63,397 nucleotides of DNA, from contig NC_068990.1 in assembly GCF_001194135.2 (NCBI RefSeq), forward strand, positions 20,988,757-21,052,153, read 5' to 3'. Position 1 is the first letter of the stretch, and every line of letters starts with the position of its first letter. Positions 38,258 through 51,205 of this stretch are shown one piece after another. A program made the position numbers and the translations under genes. This stretch comes from Octopus bimaculoides (Eukaryota). Under the pieces are notes generated by a model that was given only the letters and a program-made list of their open reading frames with translations, searched no databases and was not told the DNA's origin.

Positions 38258-39520
38258 GGCGGCAAGCTTGCAGAAACGTAAGCACGCCGGTCGAAATGCT
38301 TAGAGTTATTTCATCTGTCTTTACGTTCTGAGTTCAAATTCCGCCCAGGTCAACTTTCCCTTTCATCCTTTCGGGGTCGATAAATTAAGTAGTAGTTGCG
38401 CACTTTGGTCGATCTAATGGACTGGCCTCCTCTCCCAAAATTTCGAGTCTTGTGCCTAGAGTAGAAAAGAATATTAAAATGGTATTAGCATTATTATCAA
38501 TGTTAAGAGTTAAAGAGATAAGCTGGCAGAGTTGTTAGCACGCCGGGCAGAGCATTTCGTTCGTCTTTACATTCCAGTTTCAAATTTCGCCTGCGTCGAC
38601 TTTTCTTTTTATCATTTCGGGGTCGATACATTATGTATTGTTGAGCAGTGGGGGTCGATGTAATCGACTATCCACCACTCTCGAACTTGCAAATCTTTTT
38701 CCAAAATCTAAAACCATTATTAATTTTTAAAAGCTAAGGTATCGAGCGGGCAGAATCGTTAACATGTCTGGCAAGATGCTTAGCGGCTTTTCGTCTGTTT
38801 GCACGTTCAGAGTTGAATTTCCACCGAGTTCGACTTTGTCTTTCATCCACTTCAGTTTCGATAAAATAAGTAACGCTTGACCACTGCAGTCGATGTAATT
38901 AACCTGCAACCACCCAAAAATTGCTGGCCTTGTAGCAAATTTTGAAACCATTAGTGAAAATCGCCAAGCTGGCAGAATCGTTAGCATGCCGGGCAAAAAG
39001 CTTAGCGGCATCTCGTCTCGTTTTACCTCCTTAGTTAAAATACCGTTGAGGTCAACTATAGCTGTTATGCTTTCGGGGTCGATAAAGCAAGTACAAGTGA
39101 AGCACTGGGCTCGATGTAATCACCTTCTCTTACCCCAAATCTGCTGGCCTTGGGCTAAATTTGGAAACCATTATTAAAAGTTAGCACGCCGGGCTAGCGG
39201 CATTTCGTCTGTCTTTACTTTCAAATTCTGCTGAAGTCGTCTTTACATTTTATCCCTAAGGAGATCAGTCGAGCATTGGACCCGATGTTATCGCCTCCAC
39301 TCAAAACTGCTGGCCTTGTGCTAAAATTAGAAAGAATTATTTTTTAAATATTTTATTATGGTAAAAGAGGCTGCAGAAATCCGTGTTACATGCATTGCGG
39401 TGTTCAGTTACATCCCTTTACGTTGTAAGACCATATGCCTTCAGGGTCGAGACAAAACGTAGCTGTAATACACTGAGGTCAAGTCCATAAATTGAACTGC
39501 TGCCTTGCAAATCTATTGCT
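38258..39520 (+). mobile_element. head-to-tail array of 5-6 SINE family A copies
   Basis: Units start at about 38258, 38512, 38737, 38960, 39180 and, degenerately, 39365. Each has gcag(a)a..gttagc, gttc..aatt and ggggtcgat cores. Confidence 0.9.
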
Positions 39521-40936
39521 TTATGTTAATCTAAAAAATTTACATAATTACAGAAAATATATTTTTACATCTTAATTATTGGTTTGAATATCATTAGATT
39601 TATCACTAACACCAACGTCATTGATAAAAAAAGAAAAAACCACTTGTGTGCTGTAATAAATTACCGCTGCTACTATTACTACTAATACTAAAATTATTGA
39701 TCTTTTCTACTTCAGTATTTGATGTACCAAGTATCTACACTACTACAGCTAATGCTACAGCTTATGTCTGCTACAACAAACATTTACTGCTGTTGTCACG
39801 TAGTACTGATGTATTATGCTATTCGTTTTTCCCTTCTCCTTTCTTTCCTGTATCTGTATGAGTGTGTTTTTAAGAAAAAAAAATGTCTTTATTATTTATT
39901 TTGTTGTTTTAGATTCTCTTTCACTTTTCTCCTTTCCTTTATCTCTTTCGTTTTGCTTCTTAGTAGTAGTAAGAAGCAATGTTAAAATGAGTTTTGAAAG
40001 ACCTCAAATGTCGCTAATTCTTCATCTGGTTCAACATAACCATGCTATCATTTAGTACAACAAGGGAACTATAATGTCAATATAATGCCGGCGCATGACG
40101 GAGGAAACCTCAATTCATAGACTACAATACATATGAAGTGGTTGTTTGAATGGGTGAGAACGGCGTTCAGAATGGTAGGCTTTTGTTCCTGATATAATGG
40201 AGGAGCAGAGACAAATACAAGCTATTCATGTGAAATCGACGTATGCTGAATTGATATTGTTGTCCAAGGTAATGAAATCAACACGCCGCTATTCAGCCGG
40301 TCTTGGCAATTGTTCTGAAGAAAATTGAAAATCAGTCCCTGCTATTCGACAAAGCGGGAGCTTTGACTGTCGTTGAAAAGCATTGCGTACCAGCCTTTCA
40401 ACGGGTTCTTTTAAAGATGAATAACTCTTGAAAAAATAAATAAAAGAAAAGAGGAAAAGAAGAAAAAAGATAAAGGGGAAAAAATTAACTAACCAAGAAG
40501 GAAAAAAGAAAAATATTCCATTGACTACGTATACACATACTGGGAGAGGGCGTGCTTCTCGGGCCCTTTAACCTCGCTTACACTGTGTCGTGCCCACCTC
40601 AGTGTACTCTGCATCTTGTTTGAAATAAGGCCGCTTTTTCACAACCACGTATATATATATATATNNNNNNNNNNNNNNNNNNNNNNNNNNNNNNNNNNNN
40701 NNNNNNNNNNNNNNNNNNNNNNNNNNNNNNNNNNNNNNNNNNNNNNNNNNNNNNNNNNNNNNNNNNNNNNNNNNNNNNNNNNNNNNNNNNNNNNNNNNNN
40801 NNNNNNNNNNNNNNNNNNNNNNNNNNNNNNNNNNNNNNNNNNNNNNNNNNNNNNNNNNNNNNNNNNNNNNNNNNNNNNNNNNNNNNNNNNNNNNNNNNNN
40901 NNNNNNNNNNNNNNNNNNNNNNNNNNNNNNNNCGTG

Positions 40937-40993
<57 letters not shown>

Positions 40994-41280
40994 TTCATTC
41001 ATTGTTGCTAGTATGTTTTGTTGCTTTTTTCTTTCTTTAAATCTTCTTCTATCTTCTTTTCTTATGAATCACCCCCACCCACACTTCTTTTATGTTACCA
41101 GGGATCTGTGCACGCATGTTTAAAACTTCTTTCTAATTTCTATGTCTTCTCTTCTTTTCTCTTTCTTTCATTCACTTCAACACACATTCTTAATTTTTTT
41201 CCAATATTTTTCTTTCATTTCTTTTTCTTTTTTGGTTTTTTTCATTCAAAATCATCCTTCTTTGACATCTTTTGTATATA

Positions 41281-41318
<38 letters not shown>

Positions 41319-41905
41319 CTTTCTTTCTCTCTATCGTTTCCTATTTTACTTTTTGTGTGTCGCTCAGTAAACGACTATCTAATTTTCATGTTATAAATCA
41401 TCTTCCTTCTTTATATGCAAAATTTCTCACCAGCCGCCATTGTCAACAAGATCCTTCCCTTTTGTAACCACATTTCCTTTCAGACACGACCACTTTCAGA
41501 CTGTTTTCTTTTTCTCTTTTCCCACACATTCACCTTGACAAGTATGCTTTATTTTTCACGTTCCTTTTCATTAAGTCTTTATGTTTTCTCTTCCAACTTT
41601 ATTTAACAATTTATTTCATTTTTCTCTTTTAAACTGTTCAATTTATCACCTCTCTGTAAAGACACTCTCAACTGAAGTTTACTCTACCCATCTGCTTGTA
41701 CTCCCCCTATATTGTACTATTTTTTGCTTCTGTTACGCCCTATATCTTCGGCTGCTGCTGCTACTACTACTACTAGATAAATATAACTCTTGCCCCAGCT
41801 ATATATCCATCTCAATCAACATTACACAACTTCTGCAGTTACTTTAGGTGTATATATGTGTGTATGTGTGCCTCCTGGCATAATGTACATATATGTTTCT
41901 CTTTC

Positions 41906-41984
<79 letters not shown>

Positions 41985-42070
41985 NNNNNNNNNNNNNNNN
42001 NNNNNNNNNNNNNNNNNNNNNNNNNNNNNNNNNNNNNNNNNNNNNNNNNNNNNNNNNNNNNNNNNNNNNN

Positions 42071-42132
<62 letters not shown>

Positions 42133-42142
42133 TGATGATGAT

Positions 42143-42365
42143 AAGGCGGCGAGCTGGCAGAAACGTTAGCACGCTGGGCTAGATGTTAACCGGTATTTCG
42201 TCCGTCTTTACGTTCTGAGTTCAAATTCCGCCGAAGTCGACTTTGCCTTTCATGCTTTCGGAGTCGATAAATTAAACGCCAGTTACGTACTGGGGTAGAT
42301 CAAATCAACTGCCCCCCCCCCAACCACCAAATTTCATGCCTTGCGCCTAGAGAAGAAAAGAATAA
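42143..42365 (+). mobile_element. SINE family A preceded by (AAT)n(GAT)n
   Basis: aaggcggcgagctggcagaaacgttagcacg.. full core and tail. Confidence 0.93.
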
Positions 42366-42659
42366 TAATAATAACATATATATATTATTTTCATTCGCAG
42401 ATATGCATGCGTGTATGCATGTATGTTTTCTTTACATGACTATCATAGTTTTCCTACCTTAACAAGCTAATCATCTTACACATCTTTTTCATTCTTCATT
42501 CATTTTCTATAATTTATAATTCCAAGTAGCATTGCTTAATCATTATCCATTGAACACACATCAGAGTAGATTTGTATTATTTGATGCTCTTTCTATCGTT
42601 GTGCATTTATGGACTCACACCTTTGCAAATTCTTTCATATGGTATTGTTATTATCGAGA

Positions 42660-43120
42660 GCTAGAAGAGGCGGCGATTTGGCAGAATAATTATGTTACCA
42701 GACTAAATGCTTAGTAACGTTTCGTCCACCTTTACGTTCTAGGTCCAAATTCTTATTTCTTTAGTGCCCACAAGGGGCTACACACAGAGGGGACAAACAA
42801 GGACAGACAAACGGATTACGTCGATTATATCGACCCCAGAGTGTAACTGGTGCTTATTTAATCGACCCCGAAAGGATGAAAGGCAAAGTCGACCTCAGCG
42901 GAATTTGAACTCAGAACGTAGCGGCAGACGAAATACAGCTAAACATTTTTCCGGGCGTGCTAACGTTTCTGCCAGCTCACCGCCAAATTCTGTCAAGGTC
43001 GACTTTGCCTCTCAGCCTTTCAGGGTCGATAAATTAAGTACCAGTCAAGAATTGTGGTCGTTGTAATGAACTTCTCCTTCCCCTCAACAACTGTTGGTGC
43101 TGTGCCAAAATTTGAAACCC
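42660..43120 (+). mobile_element. SINE A (plus) interrupted at its B box by an antisense SINE A variant (42754-42984)
   Basis: The host head ends ..ggtccaaattct and resumes ccaaattctgtcaaggtcgac; CCAAATTCT is duplicated at 42745-42753 and 42983-42991. Confidence 0.88.
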
Positions 43121-44178
43121 TTATCGAGAATTAGAAGAGGTAGTGTGTTGTCAGATTGTTACTGCACCGGACCAAATGCTTAGTAACGTTTCTTCTGGAT
43201 TTTTACTTTCTGAGTACAAAGTCTGTCTAGGTTTTTCGTTTTTCTACAGTCAATAATATAAGTATTAATCAATCGTCAGAATCGTATATAATCAAACTTC
43301 ACAAGTTTATAATCCTTTATTTTTATTAGAAATCCTTACAGGTACAATATCGGTTTTCCAGATCATTTTGGTTCTAAAGCCTTTCTGAGTTAATGATTTT
43401 CCTAAACTGGAGGTAGTCACCTCGGTCAGTACACTTTGAATAAGGCAAATAATAAACTTACGTAAATAAATGAAATATAGGTATCTGTACATTAGTGTAA
43501 ATTACTGCATATTTTAAGCAGTTCTGGACCATCAATATCTAGAAACACGGGGCTGTACCTATATAAGATTCTGCAGAAAAGGCGGAGATCAGAGTTACTA
43601 GAGTGCTGGTAAAACTACCTGGCACCTCAAAGGGTTGCGAGTTCGAACTGCGATATGTTTGACTACAACTTTCATCTGTCTGAGGTCAGTAAAAGAAGTG
43701 CTTCCCATTGTGTACGATAGCAGATATAAATGATTACACCATATCACGGTTCTGTGCTAATATAATAAATCATTATTACATACTACAGTACTGATAAACC
43801 AGTAGGGAGTCCCAATACAATTACTTAAAGTATTAGGTTACTTTCTTTCGTTTTCTGAACTGAAATCAGACCTGGTTTCATTTCACCTTACGGGATGAAA
43901 ATAGTAAGTGTCAGCTATATAAAGGAGTATATACATTCCTACAAAAATGTACAGCATTGTGTTAATGCAGGAAATAATTATTTACCACGGCAATATCAGT
44001 TTTCAGGATCGTAGGTAGTTGAGTTCATGTCTTACAAGGGTGGAGTTAGTTCATATTCTGGCTCCGACGTAGCAGCTTGCTCATTGCTACAATGATTTAC
44101 TCAAACTTTACTCATTAACTGAGATTTACTCGACGTTTCGTACTCCAATAGAAAACCGATTAGAGACCTCCTTTAAAT

Positions 44179-44429
44179 CAGAGGTTCTCACCCGGGGGCC
44201 ATATCACCCATAGGGCTCCATTTAAGATTTTGTACTTAGTATTTAGCTGCACTGAATAGGTTATACTTCGACAATACGCAAAATATTCAAATAATCATTT
44301 TTATACAATTCCTAATAAGTTTTAAGTATAAAAATGTAATATGACTTTTTAAACATCGAATGTCTTCGAAGGGTTCACCTGAGTAAAATAGGAAGGGGTC
44401 CGTAGGAAAAGGATGATTGAGAAGTACTT
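44179..44429. mobile_element. hAT/Charlie-type MITE, degenerate
   Basis: Left TIR cagaggttctca, right tgagaagtactt (degenerate complement). The flanks ctttaaat and tttaaaat match at 6/8, consistent with an old 8-bp TSD. Confidence 0.6.
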
Positions 44430-44445
44430 TTTAAAATCATAATAT

Positions 44446-44934
44446 GGCACGGGTTTGGCTGTGTGGTAAGAAGCTTGCTTTCCAACTACATGGTACCAGG
44501 TTCCATCCCACTGCGTGGTACCTTGGGCTATTGTCTTCTACTATCGCCTCAGGCTGACTCAAGCCTTATGAGGGAATTTGGTAGACGGAAATTGAAAGAA
44601 TCCCGTTGTATATATATATATATATATATATATATNNNNNNNNNNNNNNNNNNNNNNNNNNNNNNNNNNNNNNNNNNNNNNNNNNNNNNNNNNNNNNNNN
44701 NNNNNNNNNNNNNNNNNNNNNNNNNNNNNNNNNNNNNNNNNNNNNNNNNNNNNNNNNNNNNNNNNNNNNNNNNNNNNNNNNNNNNNNNNNNNNNNNNNNN
44801 NNNNNNNNNNNNNNNNNNNNNNNNNNNNNNNNNNNNNNNNNNNNNNNNNNNNNNNNNNNNNNNNNNNNNNNNNNNNNNNNNNNNNNNNNNNNNNNNNNNN
44901 NNNNNNNNNNNNNNNNNNNNNNNNNNNNNNNNNN

Positions 44935-44966
<32 letters not shown>

Positions 44967-45140
44967 TGTGTGTGTATCTATGTCTGTTCCACGTTTGACC
45001 ACCTATGTTGGTGTGCTTACATCCCCGTAACTTGGCGGTTCAGCGAGAGAGACTGGTAGAATGCGTCCTGTGTCGATATGTTCGACTAAAGGGGGTGCTC
45101 ATGGCCGCAGTCAAATGACTGAAACAAATAAAAGAATATA
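44446..45140 (+). mobile_element. SINE family B with a gap in its internal (TA)n
   Basis: Head 44446-44610, gap, tail 44935-45140 (catggccgcagtcaaatgactgaaacaaataaaaga). Confidence 0.88.
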
Positions 45141-46704
45141 GAGACGAAGCATTGTGATGAGCACCGCTGAAAACTATCAATGTCTGTAAGCCTGAATTGC
45201 TGTATAGACACCTTTAGTAGTCATGGATACAAAAATAACAGTACAGTGGTTTATAATACTTAACTTAAATCGACAATTTAAAGAATAATTGCTTATTTAT
45301 TTATCACTAGAGTGCAGTAAACAGAGACAGTTATGAGTCATTTCTATGTATAAGATAAATAGATAAATTCTATGTTGATTAAATTAGGTTCGTGGTTGTT
45401 TGATAGAATCTTTAAAGCGTCACAGAAAATAGCTGACATTATTTGCTTCAGCTCTTTACCTCTTGAGTTCAAAACTCAATAAAGTCAACTTTGTTTAGCA
45501 TTCCTCTAAGGTCGATGTAATAAAGTAGCTGTATATCATTTGAGTCGCTGATATCGACTAAATCCTTCTCTCCAAAATTGCTTGCTTTGATCCTAAATTA
45601 GTGACAACACAATTAAAAGACGCGGGCTGACAGAATCATTCGGTATCGGAAAAACGTTTTATAATATTTGTTCAGGCTGTTTAATTTCTAAGTTCAAATC
45701 CCAAGTCTAAATTTGTTATTCCGTCCTTCTGGGACCGATAAAATAAACTGAATAATCTCTCCATTGGTTTCAAGAATAGACCTTTTTTTTTACGTTCTAG
45801 ATATTTCAAAAGAGACGTTCCAGCGTAAATGAAATAGTTGTAGTGGTTAATAAATATGGATTGCATATATCGAATGACCGGGGACATGTGTAAATTGATA
45901 TGTTGCTCAGTGGTATCAATGTAGAAAATATAAAAGCAACGAGAAAGACACAATTAGTGAATGTATCGATTGATGAAGGAAGAAACAGCAAAATAAATCA
46001 TAGGACTTCCATTGAACAACGACGGCTATACGAGAGATACGAATACAAGACGTTCCAGGTGTGACCATCCCACATTTCGTCATATACTGTTCCACTCCGG
46101 TACCAATTAGCAAATGTCCCTCTCCTTTGTAAGATGGCAGCGTATAAGACTGATTTCGTTCCGCACCGTCCGCTTATTTCTAAAACGATGAACACCCAAG
46201 GAGTGTCAACTTGGAGATTTCCTCGTTTGTTATGTAGAAGTCGAGTGTGTGGCCTCTTATACAACACATTGCTTGTAAAAGAATGCTTACTCTGATGGTG
46301 ATGACTAATGTTAAATTTATTTACTCGGCCATGTGCTATTTGACATTTCAACATGACGATATCATATTGTTTGCAATGTCACATACAACGTTCAAGATGT
46401 GAAGCATTTACAGAAAACAAGCTATACGAATGAATTTCTTATTATGTGAGTAGAAATGTACTCAGACCGAAGTGATATTTTAATATATAAAAGAAAAAGC
46501 ATCAACTAATGCAATTCATGAATGTTCAATGGATGATGATTAAGTAAAACTACATAGAATAGTAGATTATAGCTAACGAATGGATATTGACTAAGGCCAT
46601 TAAATACGACATAACTTTTTTTTTTGTTGACCAAGCAAAACCTATAGATACAGTGTGTGCCAAAAGTCACGCACCAAAAGCACATGACATTTTATATATA
46701 ATCA

Positions 46705-46765
<61 letters not shown>

Positions 46766-46782
46766 AATAATAATAATAATAA

Positions 46783-46995
46783 GGCCAACTGGCAGAATCG
46801 TTAGCACGCCGAGCAAAACGCTTAGCGGAATTTCGCCCGTCGATACGTCCTGAGTTCAAATTCTGCAGAGGTCGACTTCGCCTTTCATCTTTTCGGGAAC
46901 GATAAATTCAGTACCAGTTGCGTACTGAGGTCGATGTAATCGACTTAATCCACCACCCTACCAAATTTGAGTCCTTGAGTTTCCAGTAGAAAGGA
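46783..46995 (+). mobile_element. SINE family A preceded by (TTA)n(AAT)n
   Basis: ctggcagaatcgttagcacgccgagcaaaacgcttagcgg..gagttcaaattc..gtcgatgtaatcgacttaatcc. Confidence 0.92.
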
Positions 46996-47036
46996 TTATT
47001 ATTATTGTTGTTATTATCATCATCATCATCATCCTC

Positions 47037-47075
<39 letters not shown>

Positions 47076-47989
47076 GGTGGTGGTGGTGGTGTGTGTGTGT
47101 GTGTGTGTGTGTGGTAGATATACAGACATATAAAAAAATATCTATTATCCCGTAGATTGTAAAATTATGAGCAACCTTAATCAACTTTCCGTCCTTATGG
47201 AGTTTCATCAGCAGTGTCTGCATCGCTTGATCTGGAGAAGCAATTAACCGATCCGTTTCTATGCACATCATATCCAGTAGCTGCAGTTCTCTGAAGCTAC
47301 TGATTTGCATATTATATGTATATAACGCTTTATTCAATACCAGGAGGTTATATGCGTTTTAAGAGCACAAGAAATATGTTCTGTATATTTTATATCATAT
47401 AAAAATGGGATATTGCCGTAAAATATTGAATACAAAAGTGATCTATTATTTTGTGAATGTGCGTGAAAATAGACAAGTTGCTACACTCATGATCTCATGG
47501 TTGCGATTTCGATTCTCGGACAGGGCGTGCGTTGTATTCCAGAACGGATCCCTCCGTTTCATGTTGCTCCAATCCACTCAGATGCGTAACCTTGCGACAA
47601 ACTGACGACCCATTCAGGAAAAAGTTTACAATCTTGGTCACTTATTAGATATCACAGAAACTGGACACTGCCCATGTGAGTCTTAAGACTGGAGATAGTA
47701 ATGTTCAGGAATGGTGATGATAAGGATGATGATGATGACGCTGATGATGACGATGAACCGCTTTGAGAACTGCTTTAATTTTGCATCCTATATACAGCAG
47801 AACCTTAAATATTCATATTCGGTGCACGTTATCATAGTTCGTTTTTTTAGGATTTGAAATGGGTTCATTTAACACCAGTACATGGCGGCGAGATATTATA
47901 TCAAACCTACAAAATAAGAAATCATCACCAACGATATTTGAATTCACAGCCTAGAATGATGAGACTATTATGAGCACAGAGCATAAACC

Positions 47990-48255
47990 ATCTGGTATGA
48001 TTCCACTCATTTCCCAGCTCAAAGAGGCGAGCCTCGTCCTACGCTCGAGGTCATGGCATAGAACGCAATCCATAATATCAGCAGCGGGGCCCGACAGCAT
48101 CATACTGGTTCAGTACCCCTTTCAGCAACATCAAATTTACTCATCCGCCACAAACACTCTCCAAGCTTTCCTATCATTTATAAACTCTCTTGCCTCTCTC
48201 AATCCAACACCTCTAACTCAAACCTTTCCTCACTCCATCCATCCAGACAAACAGA
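47990..48255 (-). mobile_element. RTE-clade LINE 3' end relic
   Basis: Minus-strand WMDGVRKGL / RGVGLREAREFINDRKAWRVFVADE* resembles the RTE C-terminal W.D.V...DR..WR motif. Confidence 0.55.
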
Positions 48256-49984
48256 TAAACAAAATATGTTTAATGTAGTCCAGATTGTTAAAATCATTGG
48301 TGCTGCGCAATTTCCTTAATGTAAGATATGAACTTCTGAGACGATGGAAAATTCATAACTGTTAAAAAATTGACAGATGTGATTATATAATTAAAACATA
48401 TCTTAAAAAAACAAGATTTGTGCATTGTCGTAATAAACAAATATTCCAAAATTCAAACAGAAAACAAACTAGACATTTGAGATTAAACGAAAGAAATGAT
48501 TTAATTGTATTGTTATTGTTCTACAATAGTACAATATGCAGTATTTCTTCTTTGTTTTTTTTGTTTTGTTTTCATGAGTGTTAATGTGAAGAAGCTATAT
48601 GAGTTAATAATATATAAACAAACGAAAATGCGAGAGTTAATATGTAAACGAACGACAAATAGGTAGACATACTTTGTTAGTGACGTCGTCGTCTGAACAA
48701 TATTCTTACAAAGAAATGTTTGTTTGCCATAAAAGAAATGTTAAGAATTTGATCAGTGTCAGGCACATAGGAAGTAGCTAGGCCAAATTTAGCGGCGGCA
48801 AGTTTGTATTTATTTCATTCTCTCCTTCTTTCTTTCTGTCCTTTTTCTCTTCTCTACAATTAAATGAACGCATATCATAGTTTTTAAATAGCGTTGAATA
48901 GCAGTTATTATTATTCTTTCATTCACACTTATTTCTATCATCACGACAGCAACTTATCTTTTTCGCAACTATCGCGAAATAAATGAAATACATTTTGTTT
49001 TCCATTCTTTATTCCTTCTCTTATTTTTTTTTACATCCTTTCTTCTCCCTTCAATAAATCTATGTCAATGATTTGTCAACGCTGAAAAACAAAATCCCGC
49101 CCACATTTGTCCAGCAAACGTATAATGTGAACTTTGACTTTTGAACTTGACAAAAATCACTTCTTAATATAAAAAAAAAAGAGCCAATTGTCACTTCGGA
49201 ACTTTTTTCTTTCTACTTATTTATATTCTCAATAAGAATCTTTATTTTTTAAACTTCTTTGTTTTGTTTCTTTTTTCTTTCTCTCTCTCTCTCTCTTTAT
49301 CGTTTTGTCCTCGTTATCATTTTATTTTTTCTCCTATCAAATCTCATTTTCAATCACCTTTTATATTCCTCTTTCCTCCTTTTTCTTGCTGCCTTTAAAT
49401 ACATCGTTGTGAAAATCAACGCACCTGTTATTTTGATAGCGATTGATGAGGGTCCTTTTCAGTGATAAGTCTTCATGAAATAAAAGAAAAGAGACCCCAC
49501 GCCCTTTAGGACATTGAAATGAATAACAATATTTTTAAAGATTATAAACTAATTCTTTGCTTTAAAAGAAGTTGCTTTTCATTGTGGTTAATAGCGTTGA
49601 CTATTAGTTGAGAAATATCTTTGCCAGTCTTAATGGTGTTATCTTTTGTTATTGAAATGTGCTTGGCTCTATTTTAGTATTTGTATAGATATCCATACCT
49701 TTTATTTCACTTTATCGATTGGATTCATACATACGCACACTCACACACACACATAATTGTACCTTATTTATGTTTTCTTTTAGTTGTGACAAGCTTGACA
49801 CTTTGAAAAAGACTACAATAATTGGCATGTACCCACGAAGCTTCGTGTTGTCTTTTAAACAAGAAAATATTTCATTGAAGTCGTATTAAAATAAACATGG
49901 TATAATACCATTTTAAAAAGAAGTCCATATTTAAACGTTGCCTGAAATACAGTACAACAAATCCAGTCTTTTTACTCTCTCCCT

Positions 49985-50056
<72 letters not shown>

Positions 50057-50101
50057 TTGAAGACTTATTGTCATTGAATGCTTGAAATGAGGAGTAGATA
50101 G

Positions 50102-50215
50102 ACAGCCGACAACTGATGAAGGGTCCTTTCACCGTGTTTACTTGTCCTGTTCTCCATTTTTCCTCGTTGTTTACATATTTCATGTTATTTGAACCGTTGG
50201 TGACGTCCTGTACCC
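50102..50215. repeat. short interspersed element family F beside (TA)n
   Basis: Shares acagcc(g/t)acaactgatgaagggtc and gtgacgtcct with the reverse complement of 61567-61710. Confidence 0.65.
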
Positions 50216-50374
50216 ATATATGCATGTATCTATATATACTATATATTATTTACTATTTATGATTTAATTGAGCGCCTCGCATCCATTTCCAAGTATATAT
50301 ATATATATAAATATATGATATATGATTTGATAGTAAATGGTAAGATGTGCCAATGAAAATGTGGCTACAATTTA

Positions 50375-50735
50375 CAGGAAATGGCAACCAAATCTCCTGA
50401 GATTTTCGTCCTAAAGATTTGAAAATGAAGTGACACAGGCTATGCAGTCATAAGTGCCTACATCGTGCAGCCAAGTCTCTCTAAAATTTCACCGTGCAAA
50501 CGAAGAAATGAAATGGAATGACACAGGCATTGTAGTTATAAATGTCTAAAACCTGCAGGAAATAGCAGCCAAATGTCCCTTAAATTTCACCATACAAATT
50601 TTAAAATGAAACAACACAAGCAATATAGTCTTAGTTGACGACAACGTACAGAAAACGGAAGCCAAATTTCCGTTATAGTTTCACCGTAGAGACTTTGAAA
50701 TGAAATGACAGGCAATTATAAATACAGAGAAGAGA
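50375..50735. repeat. degenerate ~90-bp tandem repeat, about 4 units
   Basis: Recurring cag(g)aaa..gc(a)gccaaat..tttcacc..aaatgaa..gacacaggc starting at about 50375, 50468, 50556 and 50649. Confidence 0.75.
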
Positions 50736-51154
50736 GAAAAGTCGTAGCTGTAATACCATCGATCGTATGTCTGTTCGGTAAGGCTGACTCGGCTTTACAC
50801 ATCAGTACATCTTACATTTGTCTAGTGGGAAATGTAATCTCAAAAAGACATTTTAGTTTGTGTGAGTGGATTTATATTTTACAATGTAGCAAAGCATTTT
50901 AAATCCACCTGAAGTGTATCATTAACGTTAAGACCGAACATAGAACTAACTTGAAAAGTTTTTAACTGAGTCTCAACAAGAGTGGTCCATGATGGATGAA
51001 ATAAGTAGCTGCAGGATGATAATTCGCACAGATATATTATTCTTTTATTTATATCCGTCGTTTGACTGCGGCCATGCTGGGGTACCACCTTCAAGAATTT
51101 TACTCGAACGGATCGACTCCATACCTTATTTATTTAATCTGGTATTATCGGTTT

Positions 51155-51156
<2 letters not shown>

Positions 51157-51205
<49 letters not shown>

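Noticed and set aside
46015-46060. TAIREIRI resembling the CDK PSTAIRE/PITAIRE helix
   Set aside because: There is an in-frame stop just upstream, and the following residues do not match the kinase LKEL..H.NIV pattern.
47186-47211. Second hammerhead-like motif on the minus strand (CTGATGA-AACTCCATAAGGACG-GAAA)
   Set aside because: Stem II does not close with G-C next to the core, and no complementary stem I or III or NUH site could be found.
47035-47337. Possible exon SFRELQLLDMMCIETDRLIASPDQAMQTLLMKLHKDGK
   Set aside because: No recognisable domain and no convincing donor site; the ORF length is inflated by microsatellite.
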